DNA of 64,000 nt from Dehalococcoidia bacterium (GTDB taxonomy: Bacteria; Chloroflexota; Dehalococcoidia; UBA2979), in the NCBI GenBank assembly GCA_003599735.1, contig QZJI01000016.1, positions 1,923 to 65,922 of the forward strand. The letters run 5' to 3'. Within the stretch, counting starts at the first letter, position 1. Each line of letters starts with the position of its first letter. The notes below the pieces were generated by a model. It saw only the letters and a program-made list of their open reading frames with translations, did not search any database and was not told the DNA's origin. Both the position numbers and the translations under genes were made by a program. This document shows positions 27,948 through 37,393 of the stretch, piece by piece.

Positions 27948-28418
27948 CTAGGCGCCGGCGCGCTGGCTGGCGCGCGTCCGGTCGTCGATCGCCTTCACCT
28001 TCGCGAGCCGCCGTTCGTGCCGGCCACCCTCGAAGTGGGCGTCGCGGAAGGCCTGGAGCACCTCAGAGGCCGCCCCCCGGCCGATCGCCCATGCGCCCAG
28101 ACAGAGGACGTTTGCGTCAGTGTGCTCGCGCGCTCGCTTCGCGGAGAACGTGTCGTGGCAGATTGCCGCGCGCACGCCGTGCACTTTGTTTGCCACGATG
28201 GAGGGCCCGACGCCGTTCGAACAAATCAGGATGCCGAATTCGTGGTTTCCGGCTGCGACCGCCTCGGCGAGCGGGAGCGCGATGTCCGGGTAGTCGCAGG
28301 ACTCGGTCGAATCCGTGCCGAAATCAGTGACCTCGTCGCCGAGGGCGCGCAGTTCATCCGCGAGGATCGTCTTCAGGTCGAAGCCGGCGTGGTCGCTGCC
28401 GATGGCGATGCGCATCAT
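27948..28418 (-). CDS. rpiB: ribose-5-phosphate isomerase B
   Basis: MRIAIGSDHAGF, ILICSNGVGPSIVANK and GGRHERR. Start at the ATGATG pair 28418/28415 behind a GAGAGGG SD. Confidence 0.9.
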   Translation of the reverse strand: MMRIAIGSDHAGFDLKTILADELRALGDEVTDFGTDSTESCDYPDIALPLAEAVAAGNHEFGILICSNGVGPSIVANKVHGVRAAICHDTFSAKRAREHTDANVLCLGAWAIGRGAASEVLQAFRDAHFEGGRHERRLAKVKAIDDRTRASQRAGA

Positions 28419-28528
28419 GCTGGCCCTCTCACTCCTCGTCGTGGACTCGAATCGTATCGCAGGGCTGCGCTGATGGCTCACGTCGAGGGCGCTCCCACCT
28501 CTCCGATCGAGAACTCCTCAGATTCGCG

Positions 28529-28558
28529 TTGACCCCCCGGAGGAGGCGCCGGTACCAT
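28529..28558 (+). promoter_or_regulatory. promoter candidate for guaA (TTGACC-18 nt-TACCAT)
   Basis: The hexamers lie at 28529-28534 and 28553-28558, about 38 nt before ATG 28596. Confidence 0.3.
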
Positions 28559-28595
28559 CTATGCCTAGCGGCGTTCTCCCCGGTCAGGCAGTCTG

Positions 28596-30263
28596 ATGGT
28601 CGATACGACCGACATCTCCGCCCCGGCGGATCGGGTTCGCACTTCCGGCGATACCGAGGTCGCCACGTACCTCGAAGTCGCGGGCGCGCGCGAGCCCGGC
28701 GCAGCCCTGACCCCCGCCCCGAATGCCCCTGAGACGGTGGTCGTCCTCGACTACGGCTCCCAGTTCTCGATGCTCATCACACGGCGCATCCGGGAGGCGG
28801 ACGTCTATTCGGAGATGGTGCCCTGGGATACCCCCGCCGCGGCGCTCAGCCACCTGCGGGTCAAGGCGTTCATCCTTTCCGGCGGCCCGTCCTCGGTGTA
28901 CGAATCGGGTGCGCCGACGCTTCCCGCCTACGTCATCAACTCCGGCGTCCCGGTCCTGGGCATCTGCTACGGGATGCAATTGCTCACGTACACCCTCGGC
29001 GGGCGCGTGGAGCCCTCAGACGAGCGCGAATACGGCCACGCTATTCTCAGTCTGACGGAAGCCTCAAACCCGCTCTTCAAGGGGCTGCCTGGCTCACTGC
29101 CGGTCTGGGCCTCGCACGGCGACAAGGTGACACAGCTGCCCCCGGGGTTCCGAGGGATTGCGCAGTCGGATAACGCACCCGTCGCGGTCATGACCGACGG
29201 TGCGAAGTACTTCGGGATCCTCTTCCACCCGGAGGTCGTCCACACGCCGCAGGGCGACGCCCTGATCCGCAACTTCCTGTTCGAGGTCGCCGGCTGTCGC
29301 GGCGACTGGACTGCGAGCAATTTCGTCGAGGAGTCGGTCGCCGCGATCCGCAAGGCCGTGGGCGACGGCCAGGTGATCTGTGCGCTCTCGGGTGGCGTCG
29401 ACTCCGCGGTCGCGGCCGCGATGGTGCACCGGGCGGTTGGCGAGCAGCTGACCTGCATTTTCGTGGACAACGGCCTGCTCCGGATGGGTGAGGCTGAGCG
29501 CGTCGTCGAGACGTTCACGAAACATATGGCGATCAAGCTCCGCCATGTGGACGCAACGGATCGCTTCCTCTCCCAACTCGCCGAGGTTACCAACCCCGAG
29601 ACGAAGCGGAAGCGCATCGGTGAGACGTTCATCCGCCTGTTCGAGGACGAGACGCGCTCGCTCGGCCGTGTCGACTTCTTGGTGCAGGGGACGACCTACC
29701 CCGACGTGATCGAGTCCGCCTCCACCGGCAACAATGCCGCCGTGAAGATCAAGTCGCACCACAACGTCGGCGGGTTGCCGAAGGACATGCGCCTCACCCT
29801 CATCGAGCCGTTGCGTAACCTCTTCAAGGACGAAGTCCGTCGCGTCGGCAAGGAACTCGGCCTGCCCGACGAGATGGTGTTCCGCCAGCCGTTCCCCGGC
29901 CCCGGCCTCGCCATCCGCGTGATCGGCGAGGTCACGCGCGACAAGCTCGATGTCCTCCGCCGCGCCGACTGGATCGTGATGGACGAGATCAAGAAGGCAC
30001 AGGTCTACTACGACCTCTGGCAGGCCTTCGCCGTCCTTACGGACACGAAGTCCGTCGGCGTCCAGGGCGACTTCCGCACGTACGGCTTCACTGTCGCGAT
30101 CCGCTGCGTCGAGGCCGAGGACGCGATGACGGCGGACTGGGCCCGCCTCCCCTACGACCTGCTCGCCAAGATCTCGAACCGCATCACCAACGAGGTGCGC
30201 GAGATCAACCGCGTCGTCTATGACATCACATCGAAGCCTCCCGGGACGATCGAGTGGGAATGA
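28596..30263 (+). CDS. guaA: GMP synthase (glutamine-hydrolysing)
   Basis: GATase Cys in [11 protein letters not shown]-PPase SGGVDS, and a C-terminal dimerisation domain ending GTIEWE. The unusual roughly 45-aa N-terminal extension makes the start uncertain. Confidence 0.92.
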   Translation: MVDTTDISAPADRVRTSGDTEVATYLEVAGAREPGAALTPAPNAPETVVVLDYGSQFSMLITRRIREADVYSEMVPWDTPAAALSHLRVKAFILSGGPSSVYESGAPTLPAYVINSGVPVLGICYGMQLLTYTLGGRVEPSDEREYGHAILSLTEASNPLFKGLPGSLPVWASHGDKVTQLPPGFRGIAQSDNAPVAVMTDGAKYFGILFHPEVVHTPQGDALIRNFLFEVAGCRGDWTASNFVEESVAAIRKAVGDGQVICALSGGVDSAVAAAMVHRAVGEQLTCIFVDNGLLRMGEAERVVETFTKHMAIKLRHVDATDRFLSQLAEVTNPETKRKRIGETFIRLFEDETRSLGRVDFLVQGTTYPDVIESASTGNNAAVKIKSHHNVGGLPKDMRLTLIEPLRNLFKDEVRRVGKELGLPDEMVFRQPFPGPGLAIRVIGEVTRDKLDVLRRADWIVMDEIKKAQVYYDLWQAFAVLTDTKSVGVQGDFRTYGFTVAIRCVEAEDAMTADWARLPYDLLAKISNRITNEVREINRVVYDITSKPPGTIEWE

Positions 30264-31552
30264 ACGTCCTCCTGCTGGGCTCGGGCGGACGCGAGCACGC
30301 CATCGCCTGGCGGCTCGCGCAGTCCCCGCTCATGGGCAAACTCTGGGTCGCCCCCGGCAACGCTGGCACCGCGATCTTTGGCGAGAACGTCGATGGTGTG
30401 CGCATCACCGAGCCCGTCGAGGTCGTCGCGCTCGCGGAGCGGGTCAAGGCCGGCCTCGTCATCGTTGCGCCCGATGACCCGCTCGCGGCGGGTGTCGTGG
30501 ACGCGCTGACCGCCGCCGGGATCGCAGCCTTCGGCCCGACGAAGGCGGCTGACGAGATCGAGTGGTCCAAGTCGTACGCGAAGTCGCTTATGCGTGACGC
30601 CGGCATCGCGACTGCTGCAAGCGAGGCGTTCGACGACCCCGAGCGCGCCATCGAGTACGCATGGAGCATGCGTGGGCCGTGTGTGGTGAAGGCGGATGGC
30701 CTTTCGCTCGGCAAAGGCGTCACCGTCTGCGACAACACGGAGCAGGCGGTCGCCGCCATCGACGCCGCGATGCGCGGAGGCGCGTTCGGCGCAGCCGGTG
30801 AGCGCGTCGTGATCGAGGAGCGGATGTACGGCCGGGAGACCTCGGCGCACGCGTTCTCGGACGGCGTCACCGTCCGCCACATGCCCTTCTCCTGTGACCA
30901 CAAGCCCGCGCTGGACGGCGACCGGGGGCCCAATACCGGCGGGATGGGTGTCTACTCGCCCCCCGGCTGGCTTGACCCCGCGACCGCCGAGGCGATCCGC
31001 ACGCAGATCACGGAGCGCGCGCTGACGGCGCTGAGCGCCGCCGGCCGTCCGTTTCGTGGTGTCCTCTACCCCGGCATCATGGTGACGGCGGACGGCCCGA
31101 AGGTCGTCGAGTTCAACGCCCGCTTCGGCGACCCCGAAGCCGAGGTGCTCCTGCCGAGACTGCGAAGCGACCTCCTCGCGATCTGCGACGCGATCGCTCA
31201 CGGCCGTCTCGCGGAGGTGCCCGTCGAGTGGGACGACGTCGCGACGGTCGGCGTCGTGATGGCCTCGGGCGGGTATCCCGGCGCGTACACCACCGGCCAC
31301 CCGATCGAGGGACTCGGCGACGTCGATAACGACGTGCAGGTGTTCTTTGCCGGCGCGAAGCGCGACCCGCAGGGACGTCTCGTGACCGCGGGCGGACGGG
31401 TGCTGTGCGTGGTGGCGCGCGGAGCGACCGTCGCCGAGGCGCGCGCCCAGGCCTACGACAACGTGCGCCGTATCCGCTTCGCGGGCGCGTACTACCGCAC
31501 CGACATCGCCGCCCGCGCCGACGAGCCGCTCAGCATCGCGAGCCCTCGATGA
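30260..31552 (+). CDS. purD: phosphoribosylamine-glycine ligase
   Basis: [17 protein letters not shown] and APGNAGTA, with an ATP-grasp core. The ATG overlaps the guaA stop (ATGA). Confidence 0.93.
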   Translation: MNVLLLGSGGREHAIAWRLAQSPLMGKLWVAPGNAGTAIFGENVDGVRITEPVEVVALAERVKAGLVIVAPDDPLAAGVVDALTAAGIAAFGPTKAADEIEWSKSYAKSLMRDAGIATAASEAFDDPERAIEYAWSMRGPCVVKADGLSLGKGVTVCDNTEQAVAAIDAAMRGGAFGAAGERVVIEERMYGRETSAHAFSDGVTVRHMPFSCDHKPALDGDRGPNTGGMGVYSPPGWLDPATAEAIRTQITERALTALSAAGRPFRGVLYPGIMVTADGPKVVEFNARFGDPEAEVLLPRLRSDLLAICDAIAHGRLAEVPVEWDDVATVGVVMASGGYPGAYTTGHPIEGLGDVDNDVQVFFAGAKRDPQGRLVTAGGRVLCVVARGATVAEARAQAYDNVRRIRFAGAYYRTDIAARADEPLSIASPR

Positions 31553-31956
31553 CCACCCCGGCGCACGAGGTACGCTGTCCGATGCGTGAGTGCCGCAAGC
31601 GGATCGATCTCGACACGCTGTCGTCCGACACCCCGCCGTGCCTTCATTTCATTGCCGCGTGGGGCGGGCAGCGAGGCGACCGCGCTACCGCCGTCCTGTG
31701 GGCACTGAACGGGAACCGCGAGTTCCGGATCCGCAACCTTCGCGCGGCCGACGTCGACCGCGCGCGCGTCGAGGCCGTGCGGGATGCCCTCGACCTGGCG
31801 GCGGCACGCTTCGCCCACGAGGTCGATGCCGGTGATGGCGCGGGCGCCCTCTTCGGCGACCAGCACGAGCGGAACCGCGTCGCCTTCGACTTCGCGCAGG
31901 CGCTCCTCGGCGCTGACCCCGCGGTCCCGGTCGCGCGTGGAGGAGAGACGCTATGA
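31549..31956 (+). CDS. hypothetical protein (135 aa)
   Basis: The ATG overlaps the purD stop (ATGA) and its own stop overlaps the next ATG (ATGA). High GC3. No family recognised. Confidence 0.55.
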   Translation: MTTPAHEVRCPMRECRKRIDLDTLSSDTPPCLHFIAAWGGQRGDRATAVLWALNGNREFRIRNLRAADVDRARVEAVRDALDLAAARFAHEVDAGDGAGALFGDQHERNRVAFDFAQALLGADPAVPVARGGETL

Positions 31957-32306
31957 ATGAACCCACCCTCCGCCCGGCCGAGGCGATGCGCGCGGTCGCG
32001 GCGTTCCCCGGCGTCACCCGGCGCACGCTCGCCTCAGGCGACCGGCTGACCCTCGTCCAGATCGACATCGAGACAGGCGCTGTTGTCCCGGAACACGTCC
32101 ACCCGCACGAGCAGGCGGGCACTGTCATCGCCGGCCGCATCCTGCTCCGAGTCGGGCCGCCGGGCTCGCCCGAGCGCGAGGTCGCCCGCGGCGGGGCCTA
32201 CCTGATTCCCGGCGACCTCCCCCACGAGGTGCGCGCGCTGGAGCCCGCCCGTCTGATCGAGGTCTTCGCGCCCGTCCGTGAGGAGTTCGCGCATGACTAC
32301 GATTAA
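31953..32306 (+). CDS. cupin domain protein
   Basis: The cupin metal motif region G.VVPEHVHPHEQ is followed by YLIPGDLPHEV. Confidence 0.75.
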   Translation: MNEPTLRPAEAMRAVAAFPGVTRRTLASGDRLTLVQIDIETGAVVPEHVHPHEQAGTVIAGRILLRVGPPGSPEREVARGGAYLIPGDLPHEVRALEPARLIEVFAPVREEFAHDYD

Positions 32307-32351
32307 CCTTCTATCCCAGCCAGCGGCACCCGACTCCCCGGAGGTGCGCCG

Positions 32352-33683
32352 ATGATCCCTCGTTACTCCCGTCCCGAGATGGAACGCATCTGGTCGGACG
32401 ACCGCAAGTTTGAGCTGTGGCTCAAGGTCGAAGTCGCCGCCGTGCAGGCGTGGGGCGTCGAGGGCGTCGCCCCCGTGTCAGACGTCGCGAAGGTCGTCGC
32501 CAACGCGAAAGTCGATGTCGCCGCGGTGAACCGCTACATCGAGGAGACTCACCACGACGTGACCGCGTTCCTGCGCTCCGTCGCGGAATCGCTCGGGCCG
32601 GAGTCGCGCTGGGTCCACTACGGTCTCACCTCGAACGACGTCTGGGACACCGCCACCTGCCTGCAAATGGTGGAGGCGCTCGACCTCATCACCGCCGGCG
32701 TCGTCCGGTTGCGCGAGGTCATCGCGCGCCAGGCGTTGAAGCACAAGGACACGGTCTGCATCGGCCGCACGCACGGCGTCCACGCGGAGCCGACCACCTT
32801 CGGCATGAAGCTCGCCGTCTGGGTCGAGGAGCTGCGACGCCAGGAGGAACGCCTCGCGCTGGCGCGGAAGCAGATCGCCGTCGGCCAGATGTCCGGCCCC
32901 GTCGGTACGCACGCCTCGGTGCCCCCGAGCGTCGAGGAGTACGCGTGCGCGACGCTCGGCCTCGAGGTCGCGAAGGTGACGACGCAGATCATCCAGCGCG
33001 ACCGCCACGCCTTCTATGTTGAGGTCATGGCCGGCGTGGGCGCATCGCTGGAGAAGTTCGCGACGGAGATCCGCGGCCTCCAGCGCACGGACATCCTCGA
33101 AGCCGAGGAGCCGTTCGACGAAGGCGCCCAGACCGGCTCTTCTTCCATGCCGCACAAGCGGAACCCGGAATTGTGCGAGCGCGTCTGCGGCATCGCCCGC
33201 ACGCTGCGCGGCTACGCCGTGACCGCCCTCGAGAACGTCGCCCTCTGGCACGAGCGCGACATCTCGCACTCGAGTGCCGAGCGGATCATCCTGCCGGACG
33301 CCTGCGGGCTGCTGGACTACGCGCTGCACATCTTCACCGGTGTGATGGATGGCCTCGTCGTCTACCCGGAGCGGATGCTCCGCAACCTCGAACGGACGCA
33401 GGGGCTGATCTACTCCTCGAAAGTGCTCAACGCGCTGCTGGAGTCCGGCATGACCCGCGAGGCCGCCTACAACATCGTGAAGCGGAACTCGATGACCGCC
33501 TGGCGCGAGGAACGCCCGCTCCGCGCGCTGCTCGACGCCGACCCCGAGGTCGGCCAGCGGCTCACCGCGCAGCAACTCGACGCGATCTTCGACCCGCAGG
33601 CGTTCCTCACTTACGTGGACGACACCTTCCGCCGCATCGGGCTCCTTGAACCGGCGAAGACGCCAGCAAAGGCGGCCCGATGA
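32352..33683 (+). CDS. purB: adenylosuccinate lyase
   Basis: Fumarate-lyase signature SSSMPHKRNP. MIPRYSRPEM N-terminus. GGAGGTG SD. Confidence 0.93.
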   Translation: MIPRYSRPEMERIWSDDRKFELWLKVEVAAVQAWGVEGVAPVSDVAKVVANAKVDVAAVNRYIEETHHDVTAFLRSVAESLGPESRWVHYGLTSNDVWDTATCLQMVEALDLITAGVVRLREVIARQALKHKDTVCIGRTHGVHAEPTTFGMKLAVWVEELRRQEERLALARKQIAVGQMSGPVGTHASVPPSVEEYACATLGLEVAKVTTQIIQRDRHAFYVEVMAGVGASLEKFATEIRGLQRTDILEAEEPFDEGAQTGSSSMPHKRNPELCERVCGIARTLRGYAVTALENVALWHERDISHSSAERIILPDACGLLDYALHIFTGVMDGLVVYPERMLRNLERTQGLIYSSKVLNALLESGMTREAAYNIVKRNSMTAWREERPLRALLDADPEVGQRLTAQQLDAIFDPQAFLTYVDDTFRRIGLLEPAKTPAKAAR

Positions 33684-33717
33684 CCGCCCAGACCTCTCGG
33701 ACAACAGGAGGACCGCG

Positions 33718-34635
33718 ATGAACTCGACGTCTGCCGGGCCGATGCTCACGACCGACCTGCCGTTGCCGAAGGTGCACCAGGGCAAGGTGCGCGACCTCTA
33801 CACGCTGCCGGGCGACCGCCTGCTGCTCGTCGCCACGGACCGCGTCTCCGCCTTCGACGTCGTGATGCCGAACGGCGTGCCGCGCAAGGGCGAGGTGCTC
33901 ACGCGCCTCTCCGCCTACTGGTACGGGCGCACCGCCGAGATCGTCCCGAACGCCTTCGTCGCGATCCTCGACGCCGCGAACGCCGCCGAGTTCGGCGTGA
34001 CCGATCCTCGCTACTTCGGGCGCTCGATGGTGATGCGCCGGGCCGAGGTGCTGAAGGTCGAGTGCGTGGTGCGTGGCTACCTCACGGGCAGCGGATGGAA
34101 GGACTACCTCGCGACCGGCGCGGTCTCCGGCAACGTGATCCCGCCCGGCCTGAAGATGTGCGACCGCCTGATGGACCCGCTCTTCACCCCCAGCTCGAAG
34201 GCGGAGCCGCCCGCCCACGACGCGCCGATGACCTACGACGAGGTCGTGGCGCTCCTCGGCGAGGCGGCGGCGAACGCGGTCAAACTGCGCTCGCTCGCCC
34301 TCTACCGGTACGGGGCGCACGTCTGCGCGGAGCGCGGCATCCTCGTCGCCGACACGAAGTACGAGTTCGGCATGCTCGACGGCGAGCCGGTGCTGATCGA
34401 TGAGGTGATGACGCCCGACTCCAGCCGCTTCTGGCCCGCCGACCAGTACGAGCCCGGCCACGACCAGCCCTCCTTCGACAAGCAGCCGCTGCGCGACTGG
34501 CTCGAGGCCACTGGCTGGTCGAAGTCGCCCCCCGCCCCCGTGCTGCCGCCGGAGGTCGTCGCCTCGACCTCCGCGCGCTACATCGAGGCGTATCGACGCA
34601 TCACCGGCGACGACCTGCCGCCGCCCGCAGCCTGA
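33718..34635 (+). CDS. purC: phosphoribosylaminoimidazole-succinocarboxamide synthase
   Basis: GKVRDLY and VATDRVSAFD. ATG 33718 follows an AGGAGGA SD. Confidence 0.92.
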   Translation: MNSTSAGPMLTTDLPLPKVHQGKVRDLYTLPGDRLLLVATDRVSAFDVVMPNGVPRKGEVLTRLSAYWYGRTAEIVPNAFVAILDAANAAEFGVTDPRYFGRSMVMRRAEVLKVECVVRGYLTGSGWKDYLATGAVSGNVIPPGLKMCDRLMDPLFTPSSKAEPPAHDAPMTYDEVVALLGEAAANAVKLRSLALYRYGAHVCAERGILVADTKYEFGMLDGEPVLIDEVMTPDSSRFWPADQYEPGHDQPSFDKQPLRDWLEATGWSKSPPAPVLPPEVVASTSARYIEAYRRITGDDLPPPAA

Positions 34636-34655
34636 GTTACAACCGAGGAGTCCTG

Positions 34656-34919
34656 ATGGCCCGCTACATCGCCCACGTCAACGTGATGCTTCGCCCGCTG
34701 GTGAACGACCCGCAAGGCCTCGTGGTCGCCGGCGGCCTGCAGTCGCTCGGTTTCACCGGCGTGGAAAGCGTCCGCGCCGGCAAGCGCATCGACATCACCC
34801 TCGAAGCCGCCTCCGAGGCCGCCGCCACCACCGCCGTCCGCGAGATGTGCCAGAAGCTCCTCGCCAATCCCGTGATCGAGGACTTCGAGTTCGAGGTTGC
34901 CGCGCTCGCGACGGCGTAG
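34656..34919 (+). CDS. purS: phosphoribosylformylglycinamidine synthase subunit PurS
   Basis: 87 aa. VMLRPLVNDPQG...GVESVRAGKRI matches the PurS pattern. Confidence 0.87.
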   Translation: MARYIAHVNVMLRPLVNDPQGLVVAGGLQSLGFTGVESVRAGKRIDITLEAASEAAATTAVREMCQKLLANPVIEDFEFEVAALATA

Positions 34920-34929
34920 GGGCTAGCTG

Positions 34930-35580
34930 ATGGACTCCAGCGTCGTCGCAGCGCTGGCCGCAGCAGTCTCGGCGATCGTCGCTGTGCTCGCGTGGTTGGG
35001 TACCCGCTCGGCGAATGAGCGTGCGAACAACATCGCTGCTAACAACGGACTCTTGGCCAACGAGGCAAATCGCCTCGCTAAGTCAGCCAATGATGAATCG
35101 CTCGCTGCGACGACCCTTGCTAAGGAAGCGAACGATATCTCAGTGCGGGCAACAGAGGAGGCACGTCGATCGGCTGATGCCGCCGAAGCGTCGCTAGCGT
35201 TGCAACGAGAAGAGGCCGACGCGGCAATGGTGGAGCGTCGCAGAGCGTCAGAGGCTCATCTGCTCCCGATTTGTTGGGAAAGTCGAGCTGTCGGGCACGG
35301 GCCCACTGGCCTTCAAGTGAAGAACTATGGTGCGTCCCTCGCTGATCAGGTGCGGGTATATGTCAGACTCGGCAGGGATAGCTTCCAGCATGGAGAACTT
35401 GAGCCGCTCGGTCCGGACGAACTCAAAGGGATTGCGCAGAGGCTCGCGGCATACCACTCGCCTACGGGCGTAGATGGGATTCCCTTGCCACCTGAGGGCT
35501 ACGCGGCGGCACGAGTCCTCTGGCGAAACCGCGACGGTTCGGAACGAGACACGGGATGGTTACTCGTTCCCCGATACTGA
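34930..35580 (+). CDS. hypothetical membrane-anchored coiled-coil protein (ORFan, atypical composition)
   Basis: N-terminal helix VVAALAAAVSAIVAVLAWLG, then an Asn/Ala-rich repetitive helical stretch (ANERANNIAANNGLLANEANRLAKSAND). Third-position GC is visibly lower than in flanking genes. Confidence 0.6.
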   Translation: MDSSVVAALAAAVSAIVAVLAWLGTRSANERANNIAANNGLLANEANRLAKSANDESLAATTLAKEANDISVRATEEARRSADAAEASLALQREEADAAMVERRRASEAHLLPICWESRAVGHGPTGLQVKNYGASLADQVRVYVRLGRDSFQHGELEPLGPDELKGIAQRLAAYHSPTGVDGIPLPPEGYAAARVLWRNRDGSERDTGWLLVPRY

Positions 35581-35617
35581 CGGATATCGCTTACCCCTGC
35601 TTCGGTCGCCTCCACGC

Positions 35618-36427
35618 CTACCAACCCGCCCCGGTCGTCGCCGCACCGCCGAGGAGCACACGCAGCGTCTCCTCGTGCAGCGCGCCGTTCGAGGTGACGC
35701 AGTGGCCGGCGTCGATCGTGGGGACGCCTCGGTCGTCGGTCAGGCGGCCGCCCGCCTCTTCGAGGATCACGACCAGCGCGGCGATGTCCCACGGGCTGAT
35801 GTCGCCTTCGAGTGCCACCTCGGCCGCGCCCTCCGCGACGAGGCAGTGCTGCCAGAAGTCGCCGTAGCCGCGCGTCCGCCACGCCGAGCGCAGCAGCCCG
35901 GTAAAGCCCGGCCAGCGGTCCGCCGTGTACCGCCACGCGCCGTACAGCACCTGCGCGGCATCGAGGCGTGCCACCGGCGAGACGTGGATCCGCTCCCCCG
36001 CGTGCGACCGCGCGCCGGTCGCGCCGCGGTACGCCCCCAGCCCGCGCCCGGCCCACCACCGCGTCCCGAGCGCCGGCGCCGAGGCCACCCCCGCCTCGAT
36101 CCGTCCGTCCACCTCGACGGCGATCAGCGAGGCCCACACCGGCAGGCCGCGCGTGAACCCGTGCGTCCCGTCGATCGGGTCGATGATCCACCGCGTGCCG
36201 GAGGCCCCCGGCGTATGCCCCTGCTCCTCGCCGAGGATGGCGTGCTCCGGGTACCGCGCGACGATCAACTCGCGCAGCCGCGCCTCCACCGCCTTGTCCG
36301 CGAGCGTGACGAGCGACCCGTCCGCCTTCGCCTCTGTCCCGAGTTCACCTCGATAGAACCCCATCGAGACGCGGTCCGCCTCATCAGCGAGTTCGAGGGC
36401 GAAGGCGAGGAGGGAGGAGGTGGTCAC
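35618..36427 (-). CDS. hisN: inositol monophosphatase family protein, probable histidinol-phosphatase HisN
   Basis: IMPase motifs GEE, WIIDPIDGT and WDIAA. Last gene of the his array. The GTG start overlaps the upstream stop (GTGA). Confidence 0.78.
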   Translation of the reverse strand: MTTSSLLAFALELADEADRVSMGFYRGELGTEAKADGSLVTLADKAVEARLRELIVARYPEHAILGEEQGHTPGASGTRWIIDPIDGTHGFTRGLPVWASLIAVEVDGRIEAGVASAPALGTRWWAGRGLGAYRGATGARSHAGERIHVSPVARLDAAQVLYGAWRYTADRWPGFTGLLRSAWRTRGYGDFWQHCLVAEGAAEVALEGDISPWDIAALVVILEEAGGRLTDDRGVPTIDAGHCVTSNGALHEETLRVLLGGAATTGAGW

Positions 36428-36774
36428 AGTGGACGGATCTCGATCCAGTACCAGTCGCGGCTCGCGATGCGTTCCGTGTAGTGGAACTCAACGATGTTGT
36501 GGTCATCGTCGATGAGCCACGGTGCGTCCGCGTTCCCGCGACGCTGAATGACATCCGCGACACCATTCGCCAGATTCAAAGCATCGGCCTGCGAGGGCTG
36601 ACGCTCATAGTGCATCACCATCGACAATCGCTGGCCTTCCAGGCGCTCCTCCGGCGGAACTGTCGACATCGCTTCGCGCAACGCTGCGATGCGCTGGGCG
36701 TGAGGATGCCCTTCGGAACGCATCGACTTGGCGGTGTTCTTGATCGGCGGCGGTCCCTCGACCTCGATGCGCAT
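36424..36774 (-). CDS. hypothetical protein (116 aa), possible RusA-like fold
   Basis: ATG 36774 follows a GGGGG SD, 10 nt after the hisB stop. There is a by-eye resemblance to RusA (I.V.G.PPpK N-terminus, D-x-x-N-L...V.D, then LIDDD..IVE). GC3 is lower than in neighbours. Confidence 0.5.
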   Translation of the reverse strand: MRIEVEGPPPIKNTAKSMRSEGHPHAQRIAALREAMSTVPPEERLEGQRLSMVMHYERQPSQADALNLANGVADVIQRRGNADAPWLIDDDHNIVEFHYTERIASRDWYWIEIRPL

Positions 36775-36784
36775 TATTACCCCC

Positions 36785-37393
36785 CTACGTCGTCAGCGTC
36801 CCCTTGGTCGACGGCACGGAACCGGCGATGCGGGAGTCGAGGGTGGTGGCGGCGTCGAGGGCGCGGCCGAGCGCCTTCATCGTCGCTTCGGCGACGTGGT
36901 GGTCGTTCGCGCCGGCGAGCATCCGGACGTGCAGCGTGATCTGCGCCGTCGTCGCGAACGAGCGCAGGATGTGCGCCACCATCTCGGTGGGGGCCTCGCC
37001 GATCCGCTCGCCGGTGAACGCGAGGTTGACGGCGGCGAACGGCCGGCCGGAGATGTCGATCACGGCCTGGACCAGCGCCTCGTCCAGCGGCACCAGCGCG
37101 TCGCCCATGCGCACGATCCCCGCGCGGTCGCCGAGCGCTTCGTCGAACGCCTGGCCGACGGCGAGCGCCACGTCCTCCATTGTGTGGTGGGCGTCCACCT
37201 GCAGGTCCCCGGCCGCGCGGATCGTCAGGTCGAAGCGGCCGTGCTTCGCGAACGCCGCCCACATGTGGTCGTAGAACCCGATGCCCGTCTCGACGTCGGA
37301 CTGCCCGGTGCCGTCCACGGTCAACGCCACCGAGATGGTCGTCTCCGCGGTCATGCGCGAGACGGTCGACGCCCTGAGTGCCTGATTAACCAC
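36785..37393 (-). CDS. hisB: imidazoleglycerol-phosphate dehydratase
   Basis: GIGFYDHM, HHTMEDVALAVGQA and NDHHVAEA motifs. GTG 37393 follows a GAGGAG SD with 7-nt spacing. The alternative GTG 37408 is possible. Confidence 0.9.
   Translation of the reverse strand: MVNQALRASTVSRMTAETTISVALTVDGTGQSDVETGIGFYDHMWAAFAKHGRFDLTIRAAGDLQVDAHHTMEDVALAVGQAFDEALGDRAGIVRMGDALVPLDEALVQAVIDISGRPFAAVNLAFTGERIGEAPTEMVAHILRSFATTAQITLHVRMLAGANDHHVAEATMKALGRALDAATTLDSRIAGSVPSTKGTLTT

Noticed and set aside
28482-28595. Possible purine/guanine or ZTP riboswitch upstream of guaA
   Set aside because: The spacer is only about 114 nt, it is shared with the divergent rpiB promoter, and it shows none of the conserved riboswitch core sequences I can recall.
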